Shown here: positions 9,712 through 24,256 of the stretch, in pieces
How positions within the stretch are numbered: the first letter of the stretch is position 1
How the letters are laid out: every line of letters begins with the position of its first letter
The notes under the pieces: generated by a model
What the model was told of the DNA's origin: nothing
What the model saw: the letters and a program-made list of their open reading frames with translations, nothing else
The model's database searches: none
Sequence record: CM128184.1
Reading direction: 5' to 3' (one strand)
Length of the DNA: 32,000 nucleotides
Translations under genes and position numbers: made by a program

Positions 9712-11346
9712 TTATATTGAGTTTGATCCTGGCTCAGAATGAACGCTAGCCGTAGGCTTAACACATGCAAGTTGTACGCTCCCTTTGAGGAGAGTAGCGA
9801 ACGGGTGAGTAACGCGTGAGAATCTGCCTCTTAAACTGTGGAATAACTTTACTGTTAGAATCATGGATACTATACTTTTTTTAATTTAATTGTACAAAAT
9901 TAAATTAAAAAAGTTATATAAAGAATATTATTCGTTAAGAGATGAGCTTGCGTAAGATTAGGTAGTTGGTAAGGTAAAGGCTTACCAAGCCAAAGATCTT
10001 TAGCTGGTTTGAGAGAATGATCAGCCACATTGGGACTGAGACACGGCCCAAATACTTTAGAGTAACAGCAGTGGGGAATATTGGACAATGGGCGCAAGCC
10101 TGATCCAGCTATACGGCATGAGTGTAGAAGACTGTATTGGTTGTAAAACTCTTCGGTGATATTTTTATAATATCCGTATTATATTTTTTTAAAGTATAAT
10201 ATATATATTATAAAATAAGAGATTATGACAACGTATCATCAATTAGTCCCGGCTAATTTCGTGCCAGCAGCCGCGGTAATACGAAAGGGGCGAGCGTTAT
10301 TCGGAATGATTGGGCGTAAAGCGTGCGTAGATTGTTTTTACTTATTTCTATACACAGATATAAATATCATTTATATTGATAGAAAATTTATATAAATAAA
10401 AACTTGAGTATTTATTAGGAGAGTAGAATTCCTGGAGTAGAGGTAAAATTTGTTGATCTCAGGAGGAATACCTAAAGCGAAAGCAGCTCTCTGGTAAAGC
10501 ACTAACATTGAGGCACGAAAGCGTGGGTAGCGAAGAGGATTAGATACCCTTGTAGTCCACGCCGTCAACTATGATCTTTTTTTATTTTCCCTTGAAAGGG
10601 GGGAAGTGGAGTAGCTAACGCGTTAAAAGATCCGCCTGAGGAGTACGGTCGCAAGATTAAAACTCAAAGGAATAGACGGGGACCCGCACAAGTGGTGGAA
10701 CATCGCGGTTTAATGCGAAACAACGCGCAAAACCTTACCAGCCCTTGATATAACACTTATATAATAAAATATTATAGTTTTAGAGTTTGTGTTACAGGTG
10801 TTGCATGGCTGTCGTCGGTTCGTGCCGTAAGGCGTTGGATTAATTTCTTTAACGAACGAAACCCCTGTTATCAATTGCTAAGAATTTACAAATTATTTTG
10901 TATTTCAGAACTTTGATACTACTGCCAGTCATAAACTGGAGGAAGGAAGGGATTACGTCAAGTCCTCATGACCCTTATGGGCTGGGCTACACGTGTGTTA
11001 CAATGGCGAATACAAAAAGATGCAATGATGAGAGTCGGAGCAAATCTATAAAATTCGTCTTAGTACAGATTGTTTTCTGCAATTCGAAAACATCAAGAAG
11101 GAATCACTAGTAATCGTGGATCAGCACGCCACGGTGAATCAGTACTCGGGTCTTGTACTCCCCGCCCGTCACACTCTGGAAATCGAGTGGATTGTAAGTC
11201 TATGTCTCCCTATTTTTTTATGGGATGGGTCTGATGGCCTATACATATATAGAAATTTAGAAGATATACCCAGAATTTATTTGGTAACTGGAGTGAAGTC
11301 GTAACAAGGTAACCGTAGGGGAACCTGCGGTTGGATTATCTCTTTT
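9712..11346 (+). rRNA. rrnS: small-subunit (16S-like) rRNA
   Basis: 5' gagtttgatcctggctcag. Also gtgccagcagccgcggtaatac, attagataccc, ggttgcatggctgtcgtc. 3' gtcgtaacaaggtaaccgtaggggaacctgcggttggat. AT-rich insertions sit in variable regions. Ends are approximate (about +/-5 nt). Confidence 0.95.
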
Positions 11347-11512
11347 TTTAATCTAAAAATTTAGAATTTCTAATCATTTTTATAAAACCTTACAATGCTC
11401 TTATATATATAAATTTATACATAAAAATAGCAACGAATTGGAATTGGTTTCAACTTTGTTTTATTAGCAAATCTATCTATATAATTCGATCATATATATA
11501 TAAAATTCCTTA

Positions 11513-11588
11513 TATTTATTTAAGATATTCCTTAATAAATTACATTTATTTAAGATATTCCTTAATAAATTACATTTATTTAAGATAC
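11513..11588. repeat. 30-bp tandem repeat (about 2.5 copies). Each unit contains a mini-hairpin aataaattacatttatt.
   Basis: tttatttaagatattccttaataaattaca is repeated directly. Confidence 0.85.
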
Positions 11589-11607
11589 AATTTTTTATTC
11601 TATTAAT

Positions 11608-11679
11608 GTCCTTTTCGTCTAGGGGTTAGGATTCCACCTTTTCACGGTGGCGACACGAGTTCGAATCTCGTAAGGGATA
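11608..11679 (+). tRNA. trnE: tRNA-Glu(UUC)
   Basis: gtccttt-tc-gtctaggggttaggat... with anticodon arm ccacc-ttttcac-ggtgg and T arm acgag-ttcgaat-ctcgt. It aligns closely with bacterial tRNA-Glu. G1-U72 is a wobble pair. Confidence 0.88.
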
Positions 11680-11934
11680 ACTTTTTATACCTTATATAAA
11701 AGATTATAGAAAACCCTATAGAAAAAAGAACCTCAATATAAATTACATTTATTTTATCTTAGAGTATTATTAAAAGTTAATTTAACGATCTCTCTTTAAA
11801 TAAATTAAATTTATTTAACTTGGTGTACGAAGTAAGACTTCGTACAACGAAGTAATTTCATACAACCAAGTAAAATAGCGTATATTCTTTATGAATATCA
11901 GTTATTAGTTCAGTATAAATTTATTGTTTCTCTT

Positions 11935-12008
11935 GGCGAGTATAACTTAGTCGGTTAAAGTGCTAGACTGTGACTCTGGAAACATGGGTTCAAATCCCGT
12001 TATTCGCC
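11935..12008 (+). tRNA. trnH: tRNA-His(GUG) with genomically encoded G(-1)
   Basis: An extra 5' G lies opposite discriminator C. Acceptor gcgagta/tattcgc. Anticodon arm ctaga-ctgtgac-tctgg. T arm atggg-ttcaaat-cccgt. Confidence 0.9.
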
Positions 12009-12032
12009 TAATTTTTATTATCAAAGAAAAAA

Positions 12033-12143
12033 AGCTTGATATCTGGGAATGTGAACCACCCGAACCCTTTCCGAACTCGATTTGTGAAAGCATTCTACAT
12101 CATATGTACTACTTTATGCGGGAGACGTGATTATTATCAAGCT
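12033..12143 (+). rRNA. rrn5: 5S rRNA
   Basis: ...cacccgaaccctttccgaactcgatttgtgaaagc...catatgtact...gcgggagacgtga closely resembles plant-type mitochondrial 5S rRNA. The terminal helix pairs gcttgata with tatcaagc. Confidence 0.88.
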
Positions 12144-12218
12144 ATATTATATTATTTTTTTAGAATCAAACATCTATATTGTTTGATATGAATATAATAA
12201 TCACGAAATTAATTATTT

Positions 12219-13049
12219 ATGCCTCAAATAAATAAACTAGAAAATAAGTTAGAGTCTGTTTTAAAAAAAGATAAAAATTTACAGATTATCGAGACACCTC
12301 ATAATGACCCTGTGGTTGAAATACACTACGATAAAAACCCATATGTTGTTATTACGGAAACACAAGATTCTGTAAGGAGAATCGAACAGAGTGTCGACCA
12401 GTTACAACAAGTCACTCGTGAAATACTACATACGATAAAAACAAAAAGGAGAGATAAACAAAATACTTTACCCCTAAGGCAACCAGCTAACAATGATGTC
12501 TACTTTTATCTTATGAGTCTACAAAGAGAATTTAAAGAAAAAAATTTACAATATTCTAGATTCAGAGTTGCAGTTACTCTATTGTGGGCTGCTGGATTGA
12601 GGGTAAATGAAATTCGAAACATTACACAGGATGATATTGATTCAATTATACATCACAAATCTTTACAAGTCTATCAACCTAAGACTAATAAATATAGATT
12701 AATACTTTTTACCAAACAAAGTTGTGATCAGTTTAGAGCACTTGAAAATGAGTGTACTATTGTTTTTAACAAGTATTCTACATTATCTGGAGGCATCGCC
12801 GAAAATAGTTGGATTTATTTTATTAATAGTAGATTGTTAGAGAAGACTCGACACCTAGGACTCAATATTAAATCACACTCTTTTCGAGTTAATTTTGTAA
12901 CATCACTCTTAAAACATGCACCTTTACAAATTGTATCAAATTTAATAGGACATACTAATATCAGCACTACTGTAAAATACGATAGATATTATCCAAATAA
13001 AGACGAGACATTAAATTTGCTTGAAAAAGCATTTACTACTCGGAAATAA
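12219..13049 (+). CDS. free-standing tyrosine recombinase (phage-integrase family)
   Basis: 276-aa ORF with ATG start. Box I is AAGLRVNEIRNITQDDID (Arg). The Lys is in VYQPKTNKYRLILF. Box II is SHSFRVNFVTSLL...LIGHTNISTTVKYDRY (H-x-x-R, His, Tyr nucleophile). It is not inside an intron. Confidence 0.75.
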   Translation: MPQINKLENKLESVLKKDKNLQIIETPHNDPVVEIHYDKNPYVVITETQDSVRRIEQSVDQLQQVTREILHTIKTKRRDKQNTLPLRQPANNDVYFYLMSLQREFKEKNLQYSRFRVAVTLLWAAGLRVNEIRNITQDDIDSIIHHKSLQVYQPKTNKYRLILFTKQSCDQFRALENECTIVFNKYSTLSGGIAENSWIYFINSRLLEKTRHLGLNIKSHSFRVNFVTSLLKHAPLQIVSNLIGHTNISTTVKYDRYYPNKDETLNLLEKAFTTRK

Positions 13050-14437
13050 ATTAAATAAAATTCAGTTATTTTAATAAACTTCGTTTATTTCACTAGTATA
13101 ATTTAAAGATTCTATTAAAAGAGACAATACAATAGAATCTATTGTCTTTAATTTCAGGCTGCAATTCGATTGACATTTCTATTTTTTATTACACTATGGG
13201 GCTTTTGTTTTTCTAATATAAGTAAAATAAATAAAAAAATTAACCATAGAAATTTTGTTTATAAGGAGGTTTTTTATTACATTTCGCATTTCTAGTCAAG
13301 TTTAAAATCAATGATATTTATTTATTTGATTTACGAAAGATAAAAATAAAACCCATCGACAAATTTAAGCCTACTAATCACTTCAATAAAATTATTTTCA
13401 ATGTTTTAGACTAGACAATAATCTACAATATGATCATTAAATAATGATCATATTGTTAAACCACTTACCAATAAATAAATTTTCATTTATTTTACATGGT
13501 ACGGAGAATATAAGCAAAATAAGTATACTTTTTAAGGTGGTGTGATAAAAAATGTATACCTAGAAATGCTTTTATATTATATTTTAAATAAAAGATGCTA
13601 TATTTGATATATTTACGTTTTACTGTATAATTGAAACTATTTACCTATCAATTTATATGCTCACAAGCTCAATAACCATACTTTTAATCCTTGGTATTAT
13701 AATTATATGCTGCAATTATTACAATGCCTCATTTGGAACAACAGCATTTTATTTATACCAATCTATTTAGTTTTACAATTAGTCTTTACAAAGTTGATTT
13801 AGGTTTTTACTTGCGTAATCAATCTAATTACTTATTCTAATTAACAATTAATAAATCTATACAATTAATAGTTACTATAATAATATAGTAAAAAGTATAT
13901 AACATTATTAATTATTCGAATTACTTATTACAAAGTTTATACAATAATAGGAAATATAGGCTTTACTAGTTAAAAGTTATATGACTAATCAATCTATGTT
14001 TTATTCTTTTCTTTGCTCTCTAACTTGCTCTACAGCTTGTCTTCCGGGGGGTCCATTAGGGAGATGTTACTAAATAAGCTGGTTAACTATCAAGCAGATT
14101 CACTATTATACATATTTACTAAAAGATATATGTTATAGTTTATTTTATATGCTTTCTTATAATTTATATTTTAAGAGTGTTAGTTAATCAAAAAGCAGGG
14201 AAAAAATAGATTATAAATACCTACTGGCCTTTTACATGCAATTGAAAAATTTGATTTACCTTTAGTTTTTGTTATTATTGGTACAGAGATGCATAGGACT
14301 AAAAATAAAACGATGATCAAGATGATGAGAAACCCACTGTAACTAAAAACAACCTTATATAGTTATATCAGATAAATTTTGGGTATAAAGCTATTTAATA
14401 AAACAAAGTTTATTATGCAGGGCTATAAAACACGAAA

Positions 14438-14511
14438 TCAGAGTAGCAGGATTCGAACCTGCGGCCTCTCGCTCCCAAAGCGAACACGCTACCAGGCTGC
14501 GCTATACTCTG
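14438..14511 (-). tRNA. trnP: tRNA-Pro(UGG)
   Basis: Reverse complement reads cagagta-ta-gcgc-agcctggta-gcgt... with anticodon arm ttcgc-tttggga-gcgag, T arm gcagg-ttcgaat-cctgc and acceptor tactctg. Confidence 0.9.
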
Positions 14512-14618
14512 TAAAAAACATATTTGTACATAATAGCAGAATTGATATAATTTTTTTATCTACCTAAATTTGTAAATAGAGTTATATCCTAAATCTTATC
14601 TACTTGTCTCGATACACA

Positions 14619-14689
14619 AGCGGACAATGGGAATCGAACCCATATCGATTACTTGGAAAATAACAAATTTACCATTAATATATGCCCGC
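14619..14689 (-). tRNA. trnG: tRNA-Gly(UCC)
   Basis: On the reverse complement, acceptor gcgggca/tgtccgc. Anticodon arm gttat-tttccaa-gtaat. T arm atggg-ttcgatt-cccat. Confidence 0.85.
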
Positions 14690-15100
14690 AACAGAATGAT
14701 AAAAATTATATATTTTATAAATTAGATATTGATCTAAATAAATTTTATTTATTTCTACCTACACCTAATTTATAAAATATAAATAATATTTAAAATAGAG
14801 TTTAGTATGGATTTGCTCTTTTATTTTTTGTTAAAAACTAGAAATAAAATTGGAATATTGCTATTTTTACACATTCCACCTATTAACGTAGTAGTCTTCT
14901 ACGATACTAAAAACTTGTTTTCAGGTTAGTTTCCCGCTTGAGATGCTTTCAGCGGTTCTCTAGTCCGAACGTAGCTACTCAGCTATGCTATTGGCATAAC
15001 AACTGATACACAAGAGGTTCGTGATTTCCGGTCCTCTCGTACAAAGAAATCGTCCTGTCAGTTTTTTTACACCCCAATAAGATAGGATACACACTGTCTC

Positions 15101-15580
15101 CTCGTACTCAAACGTGTTAAATTTACTAAAGTTTGAAATAAGTTCTAATCGCTTAGACAAATCCCTAATTACTTAAGGTCTAGACTATACCTTCATCTTA
15201 TTATTATAATAAGAGTTGCCGTGTTATATCTTTAATTTTAAAGATATCTTAATTCTAATCTAGAACTGAATATAAATTATAACCTATATTTGTTTACATA
15301 GATATAGATTATAATTTAAAATAAATGAAATTTATTATGTCCAGTTGTTTTTATTAGATATAGAATTAAAGTCGTTACGGGGTCACTGAAATATAAAGAA
15401 TTGTGCACAGTATATCATGACTTTCTAGGCAAAATAGACTAAAGAGATACACATTTTATTTCTTATATTATAGACTTCCCACGGTATTCCCCTAATGAGT
15501 GTATGAGGCTACTATTAGGACTTCACCGTTATGAGGCAATTTTTACATAAGGATTGCTCCTTAAGGTCGCAAGACTCTTT
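15101..15580 (-). other. ORF-less group I intron in rrnL domain V (E. coli position about 2593-2597)
   Basis: The exon sequence acgtcgt | gagacagtg is restored when 15101-15580 is removed. The 5' exon ends in U and the intron ends in G. There is an R-like element ccgtaacgacttta and an S-like element gaaggtatagtct. Confidence 0.65.
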
Positions 15581-15598
15581 ACGACGTATTAAACCCAA

Positions 15599-15636
<38 letters not shown>

Positions 15637-16211
15637 CGAACCTTCTGCAGCTCGAGGATGTGACGAGTCGACATCGAGGTGCCAAACGATTCCGTCGATA
15701 AGAGCTCTTGGGAATCATTAGCCTGTTATCCCTAGCGTATCTTTGATCCGTTGAGCGAGAGCCTTTCCACGAAGTACTCCCGGGTCACTATGGCCGACTT
15801 TCGTCTCTGTTTGACTTGTAAGTCTCACAGTCAGGCAAGCTTATACCATTACGCTCTACAGCTGATTTCCTTCCAGCTTGAGCTTACCTTCGCACGTTTT
15901 CGTTACTTTTTAGAAAACGACCGCCCCAGTCAAACTACCCACTATACGCTGTTGCTGTGCTTAGAAAAACAATATAGAAAGGGTGGTATTTCAAGGTTGC
16001 CTTTTTTTATCAAGGCTCCCACCTATCCTCTACAATCAATATCCTTTTTCAACGTAAAGTTGCAGTAAAGATGCTTAGGGTCTTTCCGTCTACTTTGGGG
16101 AACTCCGCATCTTCACGGAGAATTCAATTTCACTGAGACCATATTAGAGACAGCGGAGTAATCGTTACACCATTCATGCAGGCCGGAACTTACCCGGCAA
16201 TGAATTTCGCT

Positions 16212-17209
16212 CATTTAACCCTCTACCTTTCAGTTGTAAGATTTAATTTTATGCATTTGCTGTTAAAAAATAAATGAAATTTATTTTAAGTGCATAAAAT
16301 GAATAGACAAATCAAAGCGAATCGAATTGATATCTATCTCGTATTATTAAATCAAGAGGATGGACTTGCTCTTACATTTGAATGTAGTTAATAAATACTA
16401 TTTATTTGCATTTTCAAAATAGAGTAAACATTTTTTCAATTCACCCAAATCTTTAAAATCTTTTAAATTCTCAAGATCTTGATCAATTTTACCTGTAAAA
16501 TGTTTCTTTTCAATCATAAATTTAACAACAAAACGAAATTTTTCAAAATCAATGCGTTTTTTTGTTAATAATTTATGTTTTTCAAAAAATGGTATAATTT
16601 TATCATATAGATGTTTACGATTTTTTATAACGAAAGAATTGTTTTTTACAACTCCACACCCAAAATAAGATTTTAGAGCATATAGAACTTGTATATCTTT
16701 TTGAGGTAAAACTACAACAAATTCTGATATTATTTCAATACCATAAATTTCCTGTATGTTTTTTCTAGTATGTATATTGAAAAATCCTTTTCCATCAATA
16801 AACCCTATAATCCATTGTGCATGTAAATTCATGATATCAAATGTATATATTTATTATTCAAATGCCTATACGTAAAGTCTCTGAGGATCCGTAAGTTATA
16901 ACCGTATTGAGTTAAAAAATAAAATTTATTTGGGTTATAAACTCGCGTTGGGTTTTAAACTTACGTTTCCTGCTGATTGTCCCCATGTCCTATTAGATTT
17001 TCACGATATGGAATACTTTTTATGGTTAATCATATGTACTAATAGGCTGTAATAAAAATATTGCTTTCTATTTATTTAATTTATTATAAATGGAGAGCAT
17101 TTTTTTATCTAGTTAATAAACTATGAGGGTTTTCCAGCATACGGTATAGTTTTACTAAGGCTGCGAAATTTTTGTTTTTTTGTATATAAAACAATGAGCT
17201 ATAACATTA
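16212..17209 (-). mobile_element. group I intron in rrnL after the position equivalent to E. coli U1931, carrying a LAGLIDADG ORF
   Basis: Exons join as gtcctaaggt | agcgaaattc. The 5' exon ends in U and the intron ends in G. Q element aatcagcagg (complement of 16969-16979). R element cctcagagact (complement of 16876-16885). S-like element aagagcaagtcc. Confidence 0.85.
16398..16832 (-). CDS. single-motif LAGLIDADG homing endonuclease (intron-encoded)
   Basis: 144 aa. There is one LAGLIDADG motif, WIIGFIDGKGFF, near the N-terminus. The size fits homodimeric family members. Confidence 0.8.
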   Translation of the reverse strand: MNLHAQWIIGFIDGKGFFNIHTRKNIQEIYGIEIISEFVVVLPQKDIQVLYALKSYFGCGVVKNNSFVIKNRKHLYDKIIPFFEKHKLLTKKRIDFEKFRFVVKFMIEKKHFTGKIDQDLENLKDFKDLGELKKCLLYFENANK

Positions 17210-17317
17210 ACCTTAGGACTGTTAGAGTTACAGCCGCCGTTTACTGGACATTAATTTAAAAGCTGGAATTTGTTTTATTTTTGCAAATAAAACAGCATCA
17301 AACCTCTCCACTTAAGT

Positions 17318-17349
<32 letters not shown>

Positions 17350-18693
17350 GTCGCGTTACCGCTTTGCAGAGTCCTGTGTTTTTATTAAACAGTCGTTACT
17401 CCCTATTTTGTGCCACCACTTAAATACCTATAACAGGTATTTCTACATGGTCCTCCTTATCCCGAAGTTACGGAGGCAATTTGCCGAGTTCCTTTAATAT
17501 GGTTCTCTCTACGCCTTAGTATATTCTACTCATCCTCCAGTGTCGGAAAGTACGGTGTCTAAATCTTATTTCTAATTAAAGAAACAAGCTACTACTTTTT
17601 TCCTGGAATAGGTATATTTCAAAAGAAATCCGTTTATCTTTTAAAATAGGTACTATTCGTAATATAGTATACATCAAGAAATTTTAAATTCTTGTACCCA
17701 TTATGTTATAGCAATCGCTAGAAACACTTAGGGGCCGATTAACTCTACATTAAATTCTAGTTTGTAGAAAACACTGGATTTTCGGCGATCATGAATCACA
17801 CATGATTTTACGTTACTCATGTCAACATTCTCACTTCTGATATATAAATAAATGCTTACGTATTTATTATAAACCTACTTACAGAACGTTCTGCTACCCT
17901 ATAAATAGTAGTTTTGATTTACTATATATAGCCGCCGCTTCGGTGGTATACTTGAGCTCCGTTACATTTTCGGCGCTATTGAGCCTATACATTACTAAAA
18001 ATGTATAACTATATAGACCAGTGAGCTACTACGCTTTCATTATAAGATGGCTGCTTCTAAGCCTACTTGCTGGTTGTCTGGGCTCAATAACCTCCTTTAC
18101 CACTAAATATACGCTTTGGAACCTTAGCGTTCGATCTGGGCTGTTTCCCTTTCGACTTTGGACCTTAGCGCCCAAAGTCTGATTCTAGGAGAGTATAACA
18201 AGGTATTAGGAGTTTCCTTGGATTTAGTAAGGCTTTGGGCCACCCTTACCCAGCGAGTTGCTCTACCCCCTTGTTATATATATTCTAGACTTTACCTAAA
18301 TAAATTTCGCAGAAAACCAGCTATCTCCGAGTTCGATTGGCTTTTCACCCCTAGTCACAAATCATTTCCGTCTATTGCCACAGACGTGAATTCGGTCCTC
18401 CAAAACGTGTTAGCATTTTTTCAACCTGTTCATGACTAGATCACTCGGTTTCGGGTCAAATAAATGACACTTGTTAAAATAAATGAAATTTATAAAATAA
18501 ATCTAATTTATTAGCGTTTTTACTACGCCTCCACTTAGTCGCTTAAGCTTGCTTCATTTATTTACTCGTTGACCCATTATACAAAAGGTACCCCATTACT
18601 CTGTGTTGTTGTTAAACAGCTTATTTAAATATAAATAAGTTACAAAGCTTTGAGTGCTTGTATACATCCAGTTTCAGTATTTATTTCACTTCT

Positions 18694-18729
<36 letters not shown>

Positions 18730-19287
18730 ATCAAGAGTGCGTACTTAGGCTTAGAGGGTGGTCCCCCTATTTTCAAACAAGTTTGTTCTCGTTCTACTCA
18801 AACTATATAGTATCTCTAAAAGAATACTATATTATCAATATATATATTGCTTCACAGTTCATGTAAAATAAATGAAATTTATTAAATGAAATTAAAACTT
18901 TCTCTGTAAATTTTAATAACATAAATACATGAAATACACAGGGCTTTAACCTTCTATGGCGTGTTATTTCAAATTACTTGGATTTGCTACAACAATATAG
19001 ATTACATGTTTCACAGAGTTGTGTTTAAAATATTGATTTGGCCTATTCCGCTTTCGCTCACCACTACTAACGGAGTCTCGGTTGATTTTTTTTCCTCTAG
19101 TTACTAAGATGTTTCAATTCACTAGGTAAAATTTATAATTGAGTTTCCTCTATGGAGATCTATATCATCTTGTATTACGACAATTGTATATAGCTTTTCG
19201 TTTCGCTATACGTCCATTTCACTCTTGTCTAGGCATCCACTAAATGTACATAAATTTCTTTAATAATTTTACTCGTTTTAAATAAGA

Positions 19288-19364
19288 TAGATTATTGCTA
19301 TATCTGTCTATATAGATTATTGCTATATCTGTCTATATAGATTATTCCTATATAAGTGTCATTG
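19288..19364 (-). promoter_or_regulatory. motif upstream of rrnL: the same 52 nt as upstream of rrnS plus one extra 25-nt unit
   Basis: The reverse complement of 19313-19364 is identical to 9642-9693. The unit atagacagatatagcaataatctat is duplicated. The motif ends about 10-15 nt before the estimated rrnL 5' end. Confidence 0.55.
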
Positions 19365-19385
19365 TATTTATAAGAAAAAATTATT

Positions 19386-19433
19386 TTTTTATTTACTTTA
19401 GCTACCTCTCAAGATAGCTAAAGTAAATAAAAA
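19386..19433 (-). terminator. 19-bp perfect stem-loop downstream of cox1
   Basis: tttttatttactttagcta (19386-19404) is the exact reverse complement of 19415-19433. The loop is 10 nt. It lies between the cox1 stop and the rrnL upstream motif. Confidence 0.55.
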
Positions 19434-19494
19434 TCATAATTTCATCAATATGTAACTAAAGATTTTTGTTGTTTTATAAAAACACACTAAATTT

Positions 19495-23663
<4,169 letters not shown>

Positions 23664-24120
23664 TTATATAGCAACTCGAATTGAACCTACGAGTAAAAGA
23701 TATATTGTAAATATATAAAATAAACTGCTATCTCATCATACTAAAATAAACAAAATTTATTATTCTATTTCAGAAAAAAGAATGATGCTATAACAAAGGC
23801 AGAAACAAAGAATAGTAAATCCTTCAGAATATACCAAAAATATAAATATATCAAAATATTTTTTTTTGTTTCTATATTTTCTTTAGATGTACTACAAAAA
23901 AAACACATTTTACATCCACATACATATTCTTATGGCTATTTTATTCATATATGTATAGAACAGTTTAAATAAATTCAACTCATTTTCATTAAAAAAGTAT
24001 ATACTATTTCGCCTCCACCTCTACTCTTAATACCTAAAATAAATTCGATTTATTTGATATCTTGATAAAAAAAGCTCGGAGATCAAGACTATAATTGGTT
24101 ATATTCACTTTATCAAAAAA

Positions 24121-24192
24121 AGCGGAAAAAGGGATTCGAACCCTCGGCATTTGCCTTGGCAAGGCAACACTCTACCACTGAGCTATTTCCGC
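24121..24192 (-). tRNA. trnG: tRNA-Gly(GCC)
   Basis: On the reverse complement, acceptor gcggaaa/tttccgc. Anticodon arm ttgcc-ttgccaa-ggcaa. T arm gaggg-ttcgaat-ccctt. Confidence 0.9.
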
Positions 24193-24256
24193 GGTATTCT
24201 ATAACATCTCATTGTTATATTATAGATATACACCTAAAATAAATAAAGTTTATTAT

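Noticed and set aside
9900-11304. Four short ORFs (9900-10097, 10371-10568, 10898-11110, 11116-11304)
   Set aside because: They fall entirely within the SSU rRNA gene, which is identified by universal 16S motifs.
11824-11846. Resemblance of the tgtacgaagta arm to the loxP arm (tatacgaagttat), suggesting a Cre-type target for the encoded recombinase
   Set aside because: It matches about 10 of 13 positions, and the spacer is only 3 nt instead of 6-8 nt. In AT-rich DNA this is within chance, so I keep it only as an idea to test and not as a claim.
13263-13269. Shine-Dalgarno-like aaggagg in the gene desert
   Set aside because: No ORF follows it. The rrnS 3' end (ggattatctct) has lost the canonical anti-SD CCTCC, so SD-type initiation is unlikely in this genome.
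14180-14352. Minus-strand open frame of about 57 codons encoding a hydrophobic peptide (…FSYSGFLIILIIVLFLVLCISVPII…)
   Set aside because: It has no ATG start, is below the 60-codon threshold, and its hydrophobicity is what T-rich sequence produces by chance. It does not resemble small mitochondrial proteins such as atp8, atp9 or nad4L.
13050-14437. Search of the gene desert for a hidden RNA gene (mitochondrial RNase P RNA, tmRNA, tRNA) or a group II intron domain V
   Set aside because: I could not find the conserved RNase P CR-I/CR-V strings (ggaaagtc..., acagaa..ggctta), a cloverleaf, or a domain V-like hairpin on either strand. The only GC-rich patch (about 14030-14065, cttccggggggtccattaggg) matches nothing I recognise. 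A covariance-model scan would be needed for certainty.
14379-14567. 62-aa ORF
   Set aside because: It overlaps the well-folded trnP(UGG) gene on the opposite strand, so it is spurious.
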